Positions 63,329-64,000 of a DNA stretch of 64,000 bases are shown here, in pieces. Every line of letters starts with the position of its first letter. Position 1 is the stretch's first letter. The notes beneath the pieces are model-generated. The model saw nothing but the letters and a program-made list of their open reading frames with translations. It was not told where the DNA came from and did no database searches. This stretch comes from an uncultured delta proteobacterium (GTDB lineage: Bacteria > Desulfobacterota > Desulfomonilia > UBA1062): the NCBI GenBank assembly GCA_963785235.1, contig CAWAUM010000005.1:96001-160000 (forward strand). Direction: 5' to 3'. A program made the position numbers and the translations under genes.

Positions 63329-64000
63329 TTGTCTGATCCGACTATAGGCATCCTCGCAGGAATGGGGCCTCGGTCGACGGGTTCCTTTCTCGACTTGGTA
63401 GTTACAGCTTGCCAGGACTTGTATGGGGCGCATCATGACATCGACTTTCCCAGGATGCTGATCTGCTCACAGCCTGCACCGTTCTATGAGGATCGTCCCA
63501 TCGACCATGCTGCGCTTGAGGCTGCAACACTCAATGGTCTGAAGTACTTGGAGTCAGCGGGTGTTGATTTCCTCGCAATGGCGTGTAACACAGTGCACAT
63601 TTATTACCATCGGCTCGCCGCTTCGGTTTCTGTTCCCTTGCTCAATATTGTTGATTCGGCCGTACACGCAGTGCCTAGAACGACTGGGCCAGTCGCCCTT
63701 GTAGCCACGCGGCCAACCGTTGCATCATACATCTTTCAGAGTGCGCTGCAGGCCGCAGGCCATAGCTGCGTCGAATTGGATTGGCAAGAACAGGTTGACG
63801 CCATGCTTTCGGGCGTACGCGAATCAAGCGATCCCGCGTTCTTTCGTCGCCAATGGGCACTTATCCTCGAGAAGGCTTACGCGGCGAAAGTCGGGGCTGT
63901 TTTGGTCGCCTGCCTCGACCTCAGTGGAGTCTTACGCTTCGCTGAAACTAAATTGACTGTCGTTGATGCCGCAGAGTGTTTGGCGCAGGCCTTAGTGAAT
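63329..64000 (+). CDS. Aspartate/glutamate racemase-family protein (runs off the window)
   Basis: AGGAG + TTG; reads IGILAGMGPRST, MACNTVH, LVACLDL (two catalytic Cys). Absent from the ORF track because no stop codon is in the window. Confidence 0.85.
   Translation, partial: MSDPTIGILAGMGPRSTGSFLDLVVTACQDLYGAHHDIDFPRMLICSQPAPFYEDRPIDHAALEAATLNGLKYLESAGVDFLAMACNTVHIYYHRLAASVSVPLLNIVDSAVHAVPRTTGPVALVATRPTVASYIFQSALQAAGHSCVELDWQEQVDAMLSGVRESSDPAFFRRQWALILEKAYAAKVGAVLVACLDLSGVLRFAETKLTVVDAAECLAQALVN

Overview
A gene-dense bacterial chromosomal window. Gene content suggests an anaerobic deltaproteobacterium-like organism (Desulfovibrio-type bacterioferritin, beta-oxidation genes); that assignment is inference. 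From left to right it holds: a PhoR/PhoB-like two-component pair and a HAD + FAM151/DUF2181-like fusion gene, both behind 11-bp-period pho-box-like repeats; arsC; a TPP-riboswitch thiM-thiE-thiC-thiL operon; cysteine synthase; a truncated Ada; a polar amino-acid ABC transporter bracketed by two copies of a 27-bp inverted-repeat element with compensatory changes; acyl-CoA dehydrogenase, bfr and a cold-shock gene; tkt-tal-pgi; a fused TIGR04282/TIGR04283-type glycosyltransferase with DUF3047 and GtrA; a structured orphan non-coding element resembling an IS110 bridge RNA; hbd, thiolase, canonical enolase, rlpA, plsB, uvrC, pth, glgP and nadC-nadA-nadB. The most interesting region is an IclR-associated catabolic cluster at ~52.9-63.1 kb. 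It encodes a TRAP transporter, a LarA-family nickel-pincer racemase, a second enolase, a glycerate-2-kinase-family kinase, a D-2-hydroxyacid dehydrogenase and a divergently transcribed short pyruvate kinase. The kinase, enolase and pyruvate kinase each carry substitutions at normally conserved active-site motifs, suggesting a parallel 'lower glycolysis' for glycerate or another 2,3-dihydroxy acid. About a dozen genes are broken by small indels that look like long-read sequencing errors. No rRNA, tRNA, CRISPR array or intact transposase was seen.
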